DNA of 64,000 nt, taken from NCBI GenBank assembly GCA_964252035.1, contig OZ176206.1; one strand, 5' to 3'. Positions 61,910 to 64,000 of this stretch are shown in pieces. The notes below the pieces were generated by a model, which was not told where the DNA came from, made no database searches, and saw nothing but the letters and a program-made list of their open reading frames with translations. Made by a program: the position numbers and the translations under genes. Positions within the stretch are counted from its first letter, which is position 1. Each line of letters opens with the position of its first letter. The DNA is from Podarcis erhardii (lineage: Eukaryota).

Positions 61910-63622
61910 ATAATAATTTTTATTTATGGCCATAGGCCCATACAGGTAAAAACGACACATAAATAACAACTTGTGCACGTGGGAAAAACAGCCGCTAAAA
62001 CACCACTATAACAATAAAATACTATAAGATAGAATGGCATACTACGCCTTAGTTAGCTTGTAGTGCTCCTTGGCGTCGCTTTTGGGTAAGGACAGCGACC
62101 AGGAACCTTGCCACTTTCAGGGTCGTATGAGTATCCTTATCCTGCAAGATTTGGGCAAGGTGGAATTTTGGTGGGGTACCCTCTAGTTTCTGTATGATTG
62201 ATCCCAACAAATTTGCCCGTGGCACACTGAACAGGGGGCAAGTGAACATAATGTGCTGGAGCGACTCCGGTGTCTCCTTATCACATTCGCACATGGCGGG
62301 GGCTTGGCCCTTTGAGAATCTATGTCTCAGGACGTTGGAGGGGAAAACGTTGAACCTCGCTTTGGTGAAGGCCAGTCTATGGGCAACAGTCGAAAGGGAG
62401 GAGAGGTATGATGGAACGCAGTAAGTTAAAGTGATACCAATGTTCTGAGGCGAACAAACACCTCCCCCCAGCATATAATTTCGCTGTAGATCGATGTCAT
62501 CCAGTCTTTGGCGGTAATTTGGTCCAGTTTTAGGGAATCTGAAGGAGAGATTCCATAACTCAGGAGTTTGGCATGAATTCTACTAGTCCAAAAGCTAGAG
62601 AATTCATCTCGCCATAAGCATTGGACAAGGTAGTGGTTTGGTAATCTATGCCACAATGATAACCAATAATTGAAGACTTGCTTCCACAGGCAAGTTTCTA
62701 AGGATGCGATCTTCAATTCTAGTCGTATGGCTGCGTTGCTTACGCACAGGAGGAGCATTAGGAGCCGACGTAGGAATTGATTTTGCAGTGTCTCGAGAGG
62801 AGCAAGATCTGTCATCACAGCCCAAAGCGGGGCAGCATAAGCAAGCACGGCAACCACTTTTGCCTTGAACACCTTTAGGGCCGAGGGAACATGCAAAGCT
62901 CCATCCGAAAAAAAGAATCGGAGGAGCGCATATGACAGAGTTTTGGCCTTGTTAAGTAGGTGTTGAATTTGAGCTTTCCACCCCAAATTGTATTGAAAAA
63001 TAACTCCTAGGTATTGAAATTTTAGAACTTGCTCTATTTTTGCTCCACCAAGCTTCCATTCGTATAATCTCCGGCTTCTGGAGAAAATCAGAATCTTGGA
63101 TTTAACATGGTTGATGGTTAATTGGTTGAGTTGACAATACGTGGCAAAGATCTTCAAAGCTCTGGTTAGTCCAACACGTGTATAAGATAGAATTACCGCG
63201 TCGTCCGCATATAAAAGGAGTGGGCAGCGGTAATCCGCTAGTCTAGGCGCGTGTGTACTTAGAGATGAGTTAACTAGGGGTGCTCGCATGTCACTGATGA
63301 ATAGGTTGAATAAACAGGGAGCCAATATACATCCTTGGCGCACTCCCTTGTTTATTGGTATCGAATTTGTGAGGTCGCCCGCAGGAGTAAGTCTCACTCT
63401 GGCAAGGGTACCTTCGTGGAGCTGACTTATAAGCCATAAGAGTCTTCTATCAATGCCCTGATTCGCAAGTTTCTCCCATAGGATATTTCTAGGAACGCTG
63501 TCAAAGGCTGCCTTTAGGTCTAAGAAGGCAGCACAGAGGTAGCCCTGGGGAGGAGAGGAGTACTTCCGTGCAAGATGATAAAGAACTATCGCATGATCGG
63601 TTGTAGAGCGTTTAGTTCTGAG
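61910..63622 (-). mobile_element. 5'-truncated non-LTR retrotransposon, RTE-X-like, with RT and C-terminal CCHC knuckle
   Basis: RSTTDH, FLDLKAAFDSV, GVRQGCILAPCLFNL and LLYADD RT motifs. One frameshift near 62510, then CECDKETPESLQHIMFTC, stop at 62049 and an AATAAA/ATT tail. ATCCTT flanks at 61904-61909 and 63623-63628. The clade call is inference. Confidence 0.88.
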
Positions 63623-64000
63623 ATCCTTGTAGATGAAACTCACCTGTAATTCTCTCCCCAGCACCTTGAATACCATATATAACCCAATCTGAGTTAAATG
63701 CAACTTGAATCGTATGTATGGAAATTGTGTTTATGTGAGCATATTCGGCATAAATAAAAATGAAAAAGTGCTAATGCACCTATCAGTCTTTGAATGCACC
63801 ATAAGATACTCAAGCTAAGGCAGCTCATGTGGGGCAGAAACTGGCAAACATTTCCAGTGATTACGTTTTGAAAATCACAAAAAGGGAACCTTTTGGTTAC
63901 ACTGGATATTAGGGACATCTGGCCGAAATACATTTTTAAAATAAATCTAAAGCAAGGGGGCAAAAATATTTATCCTGTAAAAATCTTTCTGGATTCTGCA

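Overview
Vertebrate nuclear DNA, almost certainly from a squamate and probably a lacertid lizard. This is inferred from the repeat content: Sauria/Squam1, Squam2- and Squam3-like SINEs, BovB, CR1 and L2 LINEs, and Tigger- and hAT-type MITEs. No complete host protein-coding gene is present, and the long ORFs with recognisable motifs all belong to retrotransposons. The window has two CpG islands. Island 1 (~20.5-23.2 kb) sits in a ~12-kb stretch with no recognisable transposon and carries several minus-strand 5' splice sites (22925, 21903, 20025, 19829, 15247). These look like alternative first exons of a large regulatory gene running leftwards out of the window, which I could not name. At four of the five donors an open frame crosses in phase 1. 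Island 2 (~60.1-60.6 kb) has a plus-strand donor, a CAG/CAGCGG-repeat uORF and a strong-Kozak ORF starting MGLCYSLRPRLFG. From memory this is nearly identical to the N-terminus of XL-Galpha-olf (GNAL), but it stops after 46 codons. Between the islands lie repeat-poor, motif-rich blocks that look like conserved enhancers, a 300-N gap (52560-52859) and many transposon insertions, including a 1.7-kb RTE-X-like LINE. I found no convincing new biological system. The best leads are the GNAL-like stub and the phase-concordant first exons.
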